Source: Octopus sinensis (taxonomy: Eukaryota). From it: 64,000 nucleotides of DNA. Location: positions 100,130,001-100,194,000 of the forward strand of contig NC_042997.1 in the NCBI RefSeq assembly GCF_006345805.1, in the 5' to 3' direction. The notes beneath the pieces are model-generated. The model did not search any database and was not told the origin of the DNA. It saw only the letters and a program-made list of their open reading frames with translations. Positions within the stretch are counted from its first letter, which is position 1, and each line of letters starts with the position of its first letter. Shown piece after piece: positions 1-11,401 of this stretch. The translations under genes and the position numbers were made by a program.

Positions 1-168
1 ATGGGAATCCGGTCTGTCACACAATTACTAATTTTTGCTAACTGAGCAGACTGGAACAACATGGAGTCTTTTGCTCTAGAACACAATGTATCACCCACTC
101 CAAGAATTGAAACCACAATCTTATGATCTTGAGTGCAACACCCTTAACTACTGAGCTGCATGCCTCCT
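1..168 (-). mobile_element. tRNA-derived SINE, cut by the window edge
   Basis: Reverse complement starts GGAGGCATGCAGCTCAGTAGTTAAGGGTGTTGCACTC...GTTTCAATTC (A-box/B-box-like) followed by a GTGTTCT.GAGCAAAA.AC core; same family as 15617-15850. Confidence 0.6.
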
Positions 169-589
169 TACCTTGTACTGCCAGTCATCATTTCCTATTC
201 CAAGCCATTCATAATTGTTATCCACTTTCCTTTCTACCATCCTCTTGTGTCAGGCACTCTCTTTCTATTATCACACTTGTTCTCTCTCTCTGCTACTCAC
301 CATCTGAGCCAAACTGTCTTGAGTGAATGTTCACACCACAGAGTAGTAAGAACTTACATCTTTAGGGATACTGGGCAACTTCCATAGTGCTGGTGCCATG
401 ATAAAATGCACCCAGCACACTTCTGGGATGATTGCTGAACAAGCAGGGACAGCATAGGGGTGAGAGGAGCATTCAGTCTTGTCAAAGACATGACGATTAC
501 TCCAGTGTCAATGCCAGCAGATGTGCTGGTACAACAAACACTCAGAATGTACAGAAAATAGACTCTTTCGAATGTCCAGAAGATCCTTA

Positions 590-1165
590 GTAGCAGATAG
601 TTTGTTACCCAGGCAACCAAGTTAGCAGTGGAGGAGGAAACTCTGAAAGCATAGTTGCTAGAATAAGGGGCTGGGTAAAGTTCAGAGAGTTGCTACCTTT
701 GTTCGTAACAAGGGCCTCTCCCTCAAAGAGGAAGGCAGATTGTATGATATCTGTGTGTGAACAGCTATACTAGATGGCAGCGAAACATGGGATGTGACAA
801 TAAAGGACATGTTAAGGCTCGAAAGAAATGAAGTCAGTATGCTCCACTGAGTGGGTAATGTCAGAGTGCATGTATGACAGTGTAAATGATTTAAAAGAAA
901 AACTAGATTTCAGAGGCATTAGATGTAGTGTGCAAGAAAGAAGACTGTACTGGTATGGTCATGTGATGCATATGGATGAGGACAGGTGCATGAAGGAGTG
1001 CTAAGTTCTAATTGTGGAAGGAACCTGTGGAAGGGGTAGACCCAGGAAGATATGGAACAAAATGGTAAGAAAGGATCTTCAGATATTGAGTCTCACTGAG
1101 ATGACAAGGGGTCAAGACTTCTGGCAATATGCTATGCTTGAGAAAACACATCAAGCTAAGTAAAA
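590..1165 (+). mobile_element. Decayed RTE-clade LINE, 3' end of ORF
   Basis: Colinear with the RT C-terminus of the LINE at 40257-40900 (WAKFRELLPL, KGLSL, WYGHVMHMDE, GRGRPRK), with stops and frameshifts. Confidence 0.8.
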
Positions 1166-1599
1166 TCATGGCCATCCATACATACAAGGATGGCCTTTAC
1201 AGCCATAACTCCACCACCATCAACACATAATTCTGCTCTCTGGCAAAACTCACTCACAAACCATCTCCACAAAACCCACTGCAGTCCCTTCTAGTTCCTT
1301 TCAAAATCATTTGCTATCTAAATATCTCCTCTCATACTCTTATTGTACATCTCTTTTCCCTCTGTACTACTTATACTCCCTATCCCATTATTCACTCTGA
1401 GTAGGCCCTCTCACTCACTCTGACTGTCTTTCTTTCTCTCACTTTCCCCTGCTTCCTTGTCCTACTGGTGTAGCCAAATATCCCCTCTGTAGTAAGACAG
1501 CTATCCTTGTTCCTTTATCATATTCGAACTTCTTGCTTAGCACACAGTCACTTCTCTCGATTCCTCTCCTCTTAGCTGAAACTTCTTTGCCTTACAAGC

Positions 1600-1985
1600 C
1601 ACTCAGTGATCTTGTGGGTACTGGTGCCATGTAAAATGCACCTATGCCAGCATCATATAAAAATCACCCATGCCAGCACCACATAAAGGGCATCCATGCC
1701 AGCATCACATGAGAAGCACCCATACCAGTGCCACATATAAAAGCAAGCATGCTAGTGCCAAGTAATAAAGCAACCAACCGTTCCAGCGCCAGGTAAAGAA
1801 GCACCTATGTTAGCACCATGTAAAAAGCATCCAGTACACTCTGTAAAGTGGTTGGCATTAGAAAGGGCATCCAGCTGTAAAAACTATGCCAAAACAAACA
1901 ACTGGAGCCTGGTGCAACCCTCTGTCAAGCCATCGAACCCATACCAGCATGGAAAACAGACATTATACGAGGATGATGATGATGA
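1600..1985 (+). mobile_element. RTE 3' UTR: tandem GCCAGCAC/AAAGCACC units, common tail module and (GAT)n end
   Basis: Contains GTGGTTGGCATTAGAAAGGGCATCCAGCTGTAAAAAC...CCAGCATGGAAAACAGAC...GATGATGATGA, shared with the intact LINE tail at 40023-40200. Confidence 0.8.
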
Positions 1986-2373
1986 GTACACACCATTAAA
2001 AAGGGTAACCAACCATAGAAACCAAGCTAAAAAATGTAGGAGAACAATAACTTCTACTAAAGGCTTGAACCACAACAACCCAACTAAACCATACAGCATG
2101 GTAAGTGGATATAAAATGATGATGGTGAGTTTAATTAGAGTAATATTAATGTTTTCTTTTTGGATTAATTAAAAAAAAAACTACACATTGATATCAAATA
2201 TTATTTTCAGGTTTTTCTTTCACTCAGAAATAATTTTTAGAAAATAAATCTAGTGCATACCTCTCTCTCTCTCGCTCGCAAATTGAAATGCATAGAGATT
2301 TTTTTTTTTTTAGTGTCTTCATTCATTTAATTTGCTACATAATAAACATTTTTGTAATTGAAATTGCTCTTAC

Positions 2374-3488
2374 CCTTTTCTTAAACTGTCACTACTCTCT
2401 GATCCAGCATCATTTGCAGCTTGAAGACAGTTTGTTTCACTGGTTTGGATGCAGATGTCTTTTTGATGAACACGAAGGTTTCTCTCAGTTAAAAGACATT
2501 CCTCCTTTGGAGAACAATTAATATTGTTGGCAGACATTGCAAATGGTTTAGTTCCTGGCAAACATTTCTCAGGCTTATAAGCTATATTATAATAAACAGT
2601 TTGTCCAAATGTGTAGATCTTTTTTTTCTGTAAGAAACTATTATCACTCTGAATAGAATGGTTTTCATTAGCAAGCAATTGTCGACTTTCAACATAGGAA
2701 ACAGCAGGACTATAACTCAAATTTCTCACATTTAAAGATATATCAGGAATTTTGGTGAAGCCACAACCAGGCTTAGGAATTGAAGAAATATGCTTATTAA
2801 CAGAAGTTAAAATCTGGACAGAAGATGTTGATATTGTAGAGAGAAAAGCAGATTGTTTAGAAAAAGAACTTGATGTAATTTGTTGGAGTTCTTTGGAAGA
2901 GCTGCAAGTTATTTCTGATTTATTACATTTACTAAGAGGATACTTTTCAGGAACATCATTACTTGCACTAGGATTCTTTAAAGTAAGGCTTTGTGGTTTA
3001 AGAAAAAAATTGACATTTGTAGGAAAACTACTACTGGCTGCCATTGTTGATGGAATTGGATCTGGATGGCTTTTAGTTGGATAAGTTCGGGAGGAAGACA
3101 AGCTTGAATTAGATTCTGACATATACAGACCAAAATCTTTAGCACTGAGTGGTCGGGAATAGGGACTGGACGGTATAGATTTTTTGTTAACTAAAGAGTC
3201 ACAGGTTTTGGAATGTAAACTATCTTGCGAGGTAGAAAATCGTTGGTTATGGTAAATGTATTTGGACATTTGGGTAATTGATAAGGGATGATGTGTATTG
3301 TTTCTAAGACAGTTTTCTCTAAAAACATGGCAATCAGACAAGGGATAACTTGGGCCATTTCGATGAAGAGAACTTTCAAAGGAAGCTTTTAACCAACATG
3401 GAAATGTTTGTTGCTGTGCATTAAATTGCTTTTTAATGGAAACCTCATCTAATCCAGAAGTAATTTTGCTTAAGTCAGGTCCATTCAT
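2374..3488 (-). CDS. First large coding exon of an unidentified gene (Ser-rich, about 372 aa); continues beyond the left window edge
   Basis: Open frame 3488-2370. Acceptor ctctctcttatttcag precedes 3555; in-frame stop upstream of the ATG at 3488; donor AAGG|GTAAGA at 2374/2373 just before the apparent stop. No recognisable domain. Confidence 0.72.
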
Positions 3489-3550
3489 GGCCAACAATAT
3501 TGCTGTTGGTTAAGTTCACTAAGTGTCATAAGCCTGTTCATTCCCACCAT
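3485..3550 (-). other. 21-codon uORF (MVGMNRLMTLSELNQQQYCWP*) whose stop overlaps the main ATG (ATGA)
   Basis: Read directly: ATG at 3550, two further in-frame ATGs, TGA at 3487-3485 overlapping the ATG at 3488-3486. Confidence 0.5.
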
Positions 3551-4195
3551 ACTTCCTGAAATAAGAGAGAGAAAAAAATTTGATTACAAATAAATACAAA
3601 AACAAGCAATTTAAACCCATCTGAGACTCTCCCTGTTCTAAAATACAAACATCCTAAAACCTCATGTTTAATATTCTGAACACCAGCTTAATAACTGAAT
3701 TATTTTACTAAATCTGTCATTAATATAGGGGAAAAAAACCAAGGCAGTGTATTTCAACAGATTCAGCTTTGATCATATAATGCTTAAAATACCAGGTCTC
3801 AAGAAAATCAAGAAAGCTAAAACCAAATATTAATGGTTGTAGAATTTGCAGCGTGAAAGAAATCTTACTTGTCCCATACATTTGGGCTCACACTTAGTCC
3901 ATTCCTTTTAAATTTTGTAATCGTTTCAAACAAAGAACTGAAATTTTTAGCTCAGAATTATGTATAACTGCTACCAGTACATAAATTTGAAATCGTTTTA
4001 TGAAGTCTCACTTTGAATGTATTGGGGGATATGTCCAGATTTGATTTAACAATTAATATTCTCTTAGAGACTATGCCCTTTTTTAAGCAGCTGGTATTAA
4101 GTGGAGAGGTTCGGCAAACTCTTCCTTTACACGTTATAATAGGTAATTATGTGAGCCATTGCTATATTTAATGCCAGGTTTTGCAAAATTCCTAA

Positions 4196-4378
4196 AACCT
4201 TTAGCACTCAGATTACTCTGTCGTGTGTCATGTTTATTTATTCCCATTGTTTTGAGATATAGATAATGAGGTTATCTATTTTAAGAATGACATTGCAAGG
4301 TAGGTGTGAGGCCAGATCTGGCCAGTTTGAACATAAAACAGGTAGAATATTTTAGGTAAATATGGCTGGTTTAAACAT
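4196..4378 (+). mobile_element. Partial copy of the TTAA-flanked (piggyBac-like) MITE
   Basis: ACCTTTAGCACTCAGATTACTCTGTC...GATCTGGCCAGTTTGAACATAAAAC matches the copies at 18848, 20471 and 24846. Confidence 0.6.
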
Positions 4379-5151
4379 ATCTCACTTTTCCTGTTTCTGT
4401 TGATTAGATATTCAGCTTACCAATAAACTTTGCTTTCAAGAGAGAGAAACTTTTCATGTTATTGGCCTTTTGCACATTTCTGAGGATTGCTGTTCTTTTA
4501 TATTTGTTTTCTGGATTTTTATGAAATGTCTTATATTCTATAAAATTTCTTTCCTTGCAGGATATTTCTAGAATCTGGATTTTTGGTTCTTCATTTTACA
4601 TCCAGTTTTCTATCCTTACTTGGGTTGGACAAGTCCTCTTCCAAGATTACATCCCACCATGTTGTCTTCCTTTGTCAACTCCTCCCTGCAATTAGCTTTA
4701 ACTACTTCTGTTTGTCTTCCTCTTCCTCTGGTTCTTTCTACATGCATCTTTTTGGCTCTTTAGTCATCTGTATTCATCCATATGCATTACATGAATACTC
4801 TGAATGTTATGTTTATGAAGAAAATATTTATACGACTTCTGTATTTCTTGTAATTTCATGTTCTATCAGTTTTTGATATATTCAACTCATTACTTGTGGA
4901 AGAATTTTGTAAAGTCTAATTTTGTAAACATCATGTTCCTTTGCCATTTTCAATTGCAACAATCTTGTGATAGTTGTCTAATAATTGGGAAAGGCACAAT
5001 GTTTTCCTGAAAATCATACTGGTTATTTTTGAGTTTATCAAATTTAATAATTCACAAGTTGCTTTTTCTGAATACTTTCAGAAATTTTTGTAAAAGATGT
5101 CCATCAATTTTCTGGAATAATATTCACTTTCAGTCTTATTGTTTTGTTTAC

Positions 5152-5280
5152 ATTATTTACATTTGACAGATATTTGTCCTCATCTTGTTTGTTGTTAACA
5201 TGTTTCGGCTAATATACTCTCCAGCCTTCATCAGGTGTCTTGGGGAAATTTCAAACGTGGGTTCTCATTCCTCAGGTATT
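5152..5280 (-). mobile_element. 5'-truncated copy of the hammerhead-bearing SINE
   Basis: High similarity by eye to 11402-11521, including the AATGTAAATAATGTA tail. Confidence 0.75.
5196..5239 (-). ncRNA. Minimal type I hammerhead motif, core intact, stem I 3' arm damaged
   Basis: GACAC-CUGAUGA-A-GGCUG(GAGAGUAUAU)UAGCC-GAAAC-AUGUU. Confidence 0.6.
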
Positions 5281-6299
5281 GCCTTAGCCTTTCATCTTTC
5301 TAGAGTTGATAAAATGAATACCAGCCAAATACTAGAATCAGTATAATCAAATCAGAATTCCTCTTCAAAAGAATCTGGTGATTTGTGTATTAATTATTCT
5401 TAGCTTCCCTACTTTGCAGATTCTTGTACTCTTTCAACTAGACTGTCTATAATTACTTCTAACATGGTCACAAGGTTCAGATAAAATTGGTGTCTTTAAA
5501 TAATTTGTCATCCATTTCAAAGATTACATCAACATATAATTTTGAATAAGGTACTCTGTGCATATAAGACAGCACCAGTTCTTCCAGCTGGCACTAAAAT
5601 GCTTAATTATTATGCTGTCATACACATAATTATACTGAAATGTGATAACTTGCCCAAAATATAGCTTTCTTTAGAAAAAGGTGTTTTTGCAAAAACAATT
5701 TCTTGCGACAAACTCTCTTTCAGTATATCTTCATAGATATCTATCTGCATAAGTGTCTCCAGTGAGTTTTGTATCATCGCCTCCACTACGACAAAGTCGA
5801 ATACGATGAAGAAAAACCATAATTTTACAGAAAAGTAATTGTATCTCCTAGTTTTGCTGTTATTAACATTCGAAACACTTGGGTAGTTATATTTGTTGGA
5901 TCCAAGCTGGGTGGTTTATAGGATTTAGTTCACATACTATTGTCACTTCAGTCCATTAATAGTTATGTTACCAGAAGAGCCTTGGAGACGAAGCCATATT
6001 CGTGTTACTTCCTTATGTACAAGTATAATTGATTCTATTGGCTAAACCTAACAAAGGAAATCATTATCTAACGATTAATTTCGTACGATATGCACCAAGA
6101 GTTTTGACCGAGTCCGATTCAGTTAAGGAATTACAGGAGTTTTATCAAAGGCTGTACATTTCCCCTCTTTGGTGCACAAACAGATTCATTCTAAAAACTT
6201 TTACTGAACTTACATGTGTCGATGACCAAATCTTCATTATTCTACGCTGCCTGATTTAAGAAAATTCACATATACTCCTTTTGGAATCACACACACACT

Positions 6300-6302
<3 letters not shown>

Positions 6303-6358
<56 letters not shown>
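6303..6358. repeat. (TA)n microsatellite
   Basis: Uninterrupted AT dinucleotide run. Confidence 0.95.
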
Positions 6359-6363
<5 letters not shown>

Positions 6364-7576
6364 TTAGTCTAATTCTGAAGTCAGTGAGCTAATGTGCGAA
6401 TAACTGCTGTAGGATCTTAACCCTGAATTTTTGCCGTCTTAGACCTCCGAAATAAAACTACTTTTGATTATTAATAGTATACATTTTTAAACACAACTAA
6501 CGACTTTTAACAAAGAAAATAATCGATAAATATAGCTTAGTCTAGCAATTGTACAGTCAGTTCAGTTATGCAAGTCATCTTACAAGCAATGTTCTTTGTT
6601 TCCAGTTTTCCATGAAAACAAACAAAAAAATCCTTTACAAAAATTGTAATAGTAATAAGTGACAAAAAATGCTTTATCTAGTACGAGAAATATATAAAAA
6701 AAAGGTTAGAGTTAAGTTTTGATATAGGAATGTGAGAAAATACTTTGAAAGTAAGGCAGCAACCTGTTGAACAAATCAGCTGAGTTGAGTGTCGCAATGA
6801 CTATCTATGGTAGTCAACATTTACCGTAGTTTGGGCTTCTAAGAAACATACCATATTTCACGTTACAAACAAAAATTTGAATAATAAAGTTCATGAAACC
6901 GTGGGGAGATGTTGTAAATATTGAATCGACACCTATTAAGAAAACCGAAAGCAAATAATGATGAATTATAAGATACATAGATATGTGTATATACGATTCT
7001 GCCATGTGGCAAGAGTCGGAAAGGAAAAAGACGCCGCTAAAACAAAATCGATTTATAACGAACAGGGTTTGGGTTTCTATTTTTTAAGATATTTATACGT
7101 GTCTTTCTTGTTTAAGTTTAAAAAAGACTTACATTTGATGACGAAGTATTGACAATTTACCAAATTGTCAGAAAGGTGACGAAACACATCTATATATATA
7201 TAAATATATGTATTTTTTATACTAGTGACAATATCAACTGCTGCTTCTCTGAATTTTTGTTTTTCATTTTCCCCTTAGAGCGATATACAAATTCCACCAG
7301 ACAAATGACAGCACGTGGTAAGCACGTAAATAAGCATCACAAGTTCGATTCATGCATGATGTAACGCAAATTTATAGCACGTTTAGTAAAATGAAATACA
7401 AGACAGTAAATCGTTATCACAGTTTAATGAAAGTATTTGTGAACTTAAAAAGGAAATACGTAACTGGTAAATCATGACTATAACATTATTCTACAAAATA
7501 TAAGCACTGGTAATAAAACAGTAAACTAAATTCGCATAGAATTTATGATGTAATACTATGACATAAAATACCTTAC

Positions 7577-7630
7577 CTTCAGCGGCCACACCAACAAATC
7601 AACGCTGCTAAGATACGTCCTGATAGTGAA
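7577..7630 (-). other. Probable non-coding first exon of the left gene
   Basis: Strong donor GAAG|GTAAGG at 7577/7576 at the edge of a CpG-rich promoter-like block; the TSS is approximate. Confidence 0.55.
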
Positions 7631-7634
7631 TAAA

Positions 7635-7725
7635 AACTTGAACCAATTGAAAACGCAGTCACATCACGAACCTCCAATCAACGCCAATGTGACATTTTCA
7701 TTCGAAATTAGCGCCAAAGCATGAA
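7635..7725. promoter_or_regulatory. CpG-rich promoter with 3 CCAAT boxes and an E2F + CHR-like composite
   Basis: CCAAT at 7643, 7674 and 7684; minus strand 7718-7701 reads TTTGGCGC-TAAT-TTCGAA. Confidence 0.6.
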
Positions 7726-9774
7726 AGGCGAAGGGAGTCTACTCTCAGTATGTTGATTTTGTTCACTAAGAACGAAAAGCAATTTTGTAAGAAGAAAGAT
7801 TATAATTAATTCGTTCGATTCCTGACTCTTTGTTTTATCGAATCTGAAACTTGAAAAGTAGACGGCTGTCTCTGTAGAGTGTTAGCTCGACAGTACTGCA
7901 TACATTCACGTATATGTTGACATGTTAGCCCTAGCTTTCTCTTTTACTTTTACAATGTAAAATATATTTCGTTCGATTGACAGAAATGTACATATCGAGA
8001 ATATATATATACACGCGCGCACACAGACACATTGGAATCCGAAGAAAATTTTGATTATAAAACGAAGGGCAGCATGTGTATTCGACACATACGCATATAT
8101 AATAAGATGACTTGATTTATTTGAAATTCTCTGCTTCCATAGACTAGAGCAAACACTTATGGTTGGTACCAACAAGTAAGGAGAAATCATCTCAAGAATT
8201 TCCCCAAAATTGGCATGCATGCCATGAGGGAAAGGACAGTCGGATTATTTTAAGACTAAAGGAGAGCTGTCCTACTTAAACCTTCAACAGAAGCGACACT
8301 CGGACATTTACAAAAAAAAATTTAAGATATTCTTATTCATCTGGCCCCTCTGATTTATTTTTCTTGGTTCATTTTCATTTCATTTATGCAAATTACCTAG
8401 AACATGAACTTGTTTAGTCAAGAAGTTTATTTTTGTTGTTTTTTTTTATGCCTAAGTGTCTTGTCTACTGAATGTAAGGTATGACGGCTGCTGTGCTGAT
8501 GACGCCTATTGAATCAGAAACATGTCTTGTCTTCCTGTAATCAAACTCTTTTCCTAATGACATGTAAATCATGGAGAATTCTTGAGATTATCTCATTTGG
8601 AGTTTGTGCTCATTGCAGTAAGCAGTTGGTCTACTCTCCCCTCTCTGAAAATTTTAATAGATCAAGAATTGTAAATTAGAATCATTAGAGCTAGATACAT
8701 GTTGATTATTCATTATAATCACTTTGAATTTATATCCTGTATTGTCTGTTGGATCATGTTTACACAGCTGTTATATTTATACACATACGTAATGTGATTG
8801 CTTCCTAAATCCTTGTGTGAGTGCTTTTAAGAGTGACTATGCACTCAGTTGTAATAGATTACTACAGAGTTTGTATGTAATCAGTGGTGTTATGTAATTG
8901 CTTCTTAAAACCCAAGACAAGTCTTTTCCAGAAATGATCTTATAAGTATCAGCAGTTTCCTCATCAACTAACTTCAGTGATGTGAAGAAATCATAAATTA
9001 AGTCTTGTTCTCTGGAACAAGACCATTAATTTAAGTTTACTATCAATTAATTGTTATACATTATTATGGAGCTGGTGAGGAGCATTTGTAATCATTCATA
9101 AGCTTTCAGGAGAGGAGGGAATAAGTGGTGTAGGGTTTCTTTTTCCAAAAGATACCATAAGCATAAGCAGAGTTGAATAATCAAGGAATTATTTGTATAA
9201 TGATTCTCAAAATATATCAAGAAATCAGAGGTACTTTCTTATTATCAACTACCAATTTTTATATTTGTTAAAGGATTATTAAATAATCTATTACACTCCT
9301 GAAATGAGTAATGAGAGATCAATCAACTGGAATAACTATCACTACCTCAAGGAGAATAAATTGAATGATTTTCTTCTGAGAAAGGATTTTTTTGCCCAAA
9401 GCAGTCAATTTTTTACATTTTTACCCTCCAATTCCTTTAGTAAAAAAAAATTGGCTGCTGATAATAGGTAAGTATCAAATCAGGATACTCCTATTATAAT
9501 TCCATTTGCATCTCTGATGGGGCCATCTAAGAGATGGCTCAAGATAGCTTTTTGAGTCCTGGGAGACAGGACTGCTCCCAAAATTCAAAGAGGCTGTGAA
9601 ATTAATTTCTTTTGACTGAGAGGCACAGCAGATAACCACAAGCTTTCTGAGCCCCAGACTAATGTACCTGCTAAATCACATCTCATATAAGCCCTGTCTG
9701 TCATGTATTAAATGAATAGATTGAATACTACACCCCCACCCCCCAGTTAAGGGATCTTGTCCTGCTAGTTAACT

Positions 9775-9972
9775 GAACTCAATGCTACTAGTGTCACATA
9801 AAAAAACCACCCATTACGTTCTGTAAAGTGGTTGGCATTACGAAGGGCATCCAACCAAAATAACCATGCTAGAACTGACAATGGAGATTGGGGTAGTCTT
9901 CTGATTTGCCTGTTCCTCCCAAATCGTCCAATCCATGCCAGTATGGAAAGTGAATGTTAACTGATGATGATG
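9775..9972 (+). mobile_element. RTE-type 3' tail fragment
   Basis: GTGGTTGGCATTACGAAGGGCATCC...CCATGCCAGTATGGAAAGT...GATGATGATG. Confidence 0.7.
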
Positions 9973-10359
9973 TTTGTGTGCACTCTTGTCTTGACATTGT
10001 TTGAATGAGCATCACCATCTTACAAGCAATGTTCTCTGTTTCCATTTTTCCATGAAAACCATGTGTGGCCATGGGAAAATCTTAGCTTTTTTGAAACATG
10101 ATGTTTGGTGACAAGATGAGTATCTAATTAGAAAATCTGTTTCAAGAAATTCTGTCTGAACCCCTACGCAAACAGAAAATTAGATGTTAAATGACTATGA
10201 TGATGTGCAAATCTCTCTAATATTCTGGATAAGAGACACGTATTTGTAAAATATGTGTTTGGGTTTGATGCCACTGTGCAGTATCAAGAAGAAAGTACCA
10301 TCTAATATGACCTCGGGCTGATCAAAGCAAAATTTTAATGGAAATTGTGCAGAAACTCA

Positions 10360-10659
10360 TCCTGTATATATATGTGTGTGTGTGAGACTCTGTCTCCTCC
10401 GATTTAGATTCCTAACTATTCCCACATTTTGCGGTGCAGTTTAACCAAAAGCGGGTATCTTATAGTCGATATTCATATCGAGCCCTTCTTGGTATTAGCA
10501 CGCATCTACGATGAGTCTACAATTTTAAAAAAAATTTACCATCATTTTTCCACATTTTTAATGATTTTTGCTTGGGTTATATAAGGGAAGTAACTCTCTA
10601 AAAGTACTTATATAGTTATTTCCCTTACAAACCTGAGCAACGCCAGGCGATACTGCTAG
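10360..10659 (+). mobile_element. Non-autonomous Helitron-like element
   Basis: A|TC start; subterminal hairpin CCTG-AGCAACGC-CAGG, then 8 nt and CTAG|T; no TSD; retains CpGs. Confidence 0.65.
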
Positions 10660-11032
10660 TATATATATATATATTTAATGTTTTTCCATGCTAGCATAAG
10701 TAAGACAGATATTTGATGTAGGATTTTACAGCCAAATGCTCTTCCTGAGTTTGAAGTAAGGGATTATTTTTATTTACAGAGGGTTTTGTGCTGTGTGGGG
10801 ACTGGTATGCCAAAGAACAGACCTAAAATTTCTTTTGCATGTCATAAAAGCAACTAGAAGAGATTGTTGTAAGATTTGCACTCTAGCCTCAAAACTCACC
10901 AGGAACTACTCAGACCCATCAAGTTCTCTCCAAGGAAGTACCTTACTGCCTATAAGACACATCATATGGGGAAACCCCTTTGAGGACAGAATGGGCTCGA
11001 GGCTTCTCACCTGAATGGTGCAAAGTTGTCAT

Positions 11033-11197
11033 CTACTGGTGCCATGTAAAAAGCACCCAGTACACTGAAGTGGTTGGCATTTGGAAGAGTATCCAGCCAT
11101 AGAAACCATGCAATAATAGACAACTGGAACCTTGGCAGCTCGCCAATTGCTATAAACCCATTCAACCCATGCCAGCATGGAAAGCAGACATTAAGGA
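11033..11197 (+). mobile_element. RTE-type 3' tail fragment
   Basis: GGTGCCATGTAAAAAGCACCCAG...GTGGTTGGCATTTGGAAGAGTATCCAGC...CCATGCCAGCATGGAAAGC. Confidence 0.7.
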
Positions 11198-11401
11198 TTA
11201 GGGTGATATACATATAGATATGACTGTAGTTAAGAAGCTCGTTTCTCAACCATAAGATTTCAGGTTCCTACAGAATAGTACCTTCAGTAAGTGTCTCTTA
11301 CTATAGCTCTGGGCCAACCAATGGCTTGCGAATAGATTTGGTTGGCAGAAATTGAAAGAAGTTTGATGTGTGTGTATGTATGTATATATATATATTACAT
11401 T

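Noticed and set aside
2752-3084. 110-aa plus-strand ORF
   Set aside because: Antisense shadow of the Ser-rich exon.
8490-8530. CUGAUGA...GAAACAUGUC hammerhead-like words
   Set aside because: Both core words and a GUC site are present, but no stem II (CGCCUAUUGAAUCA) or stem I can form; likely chance.
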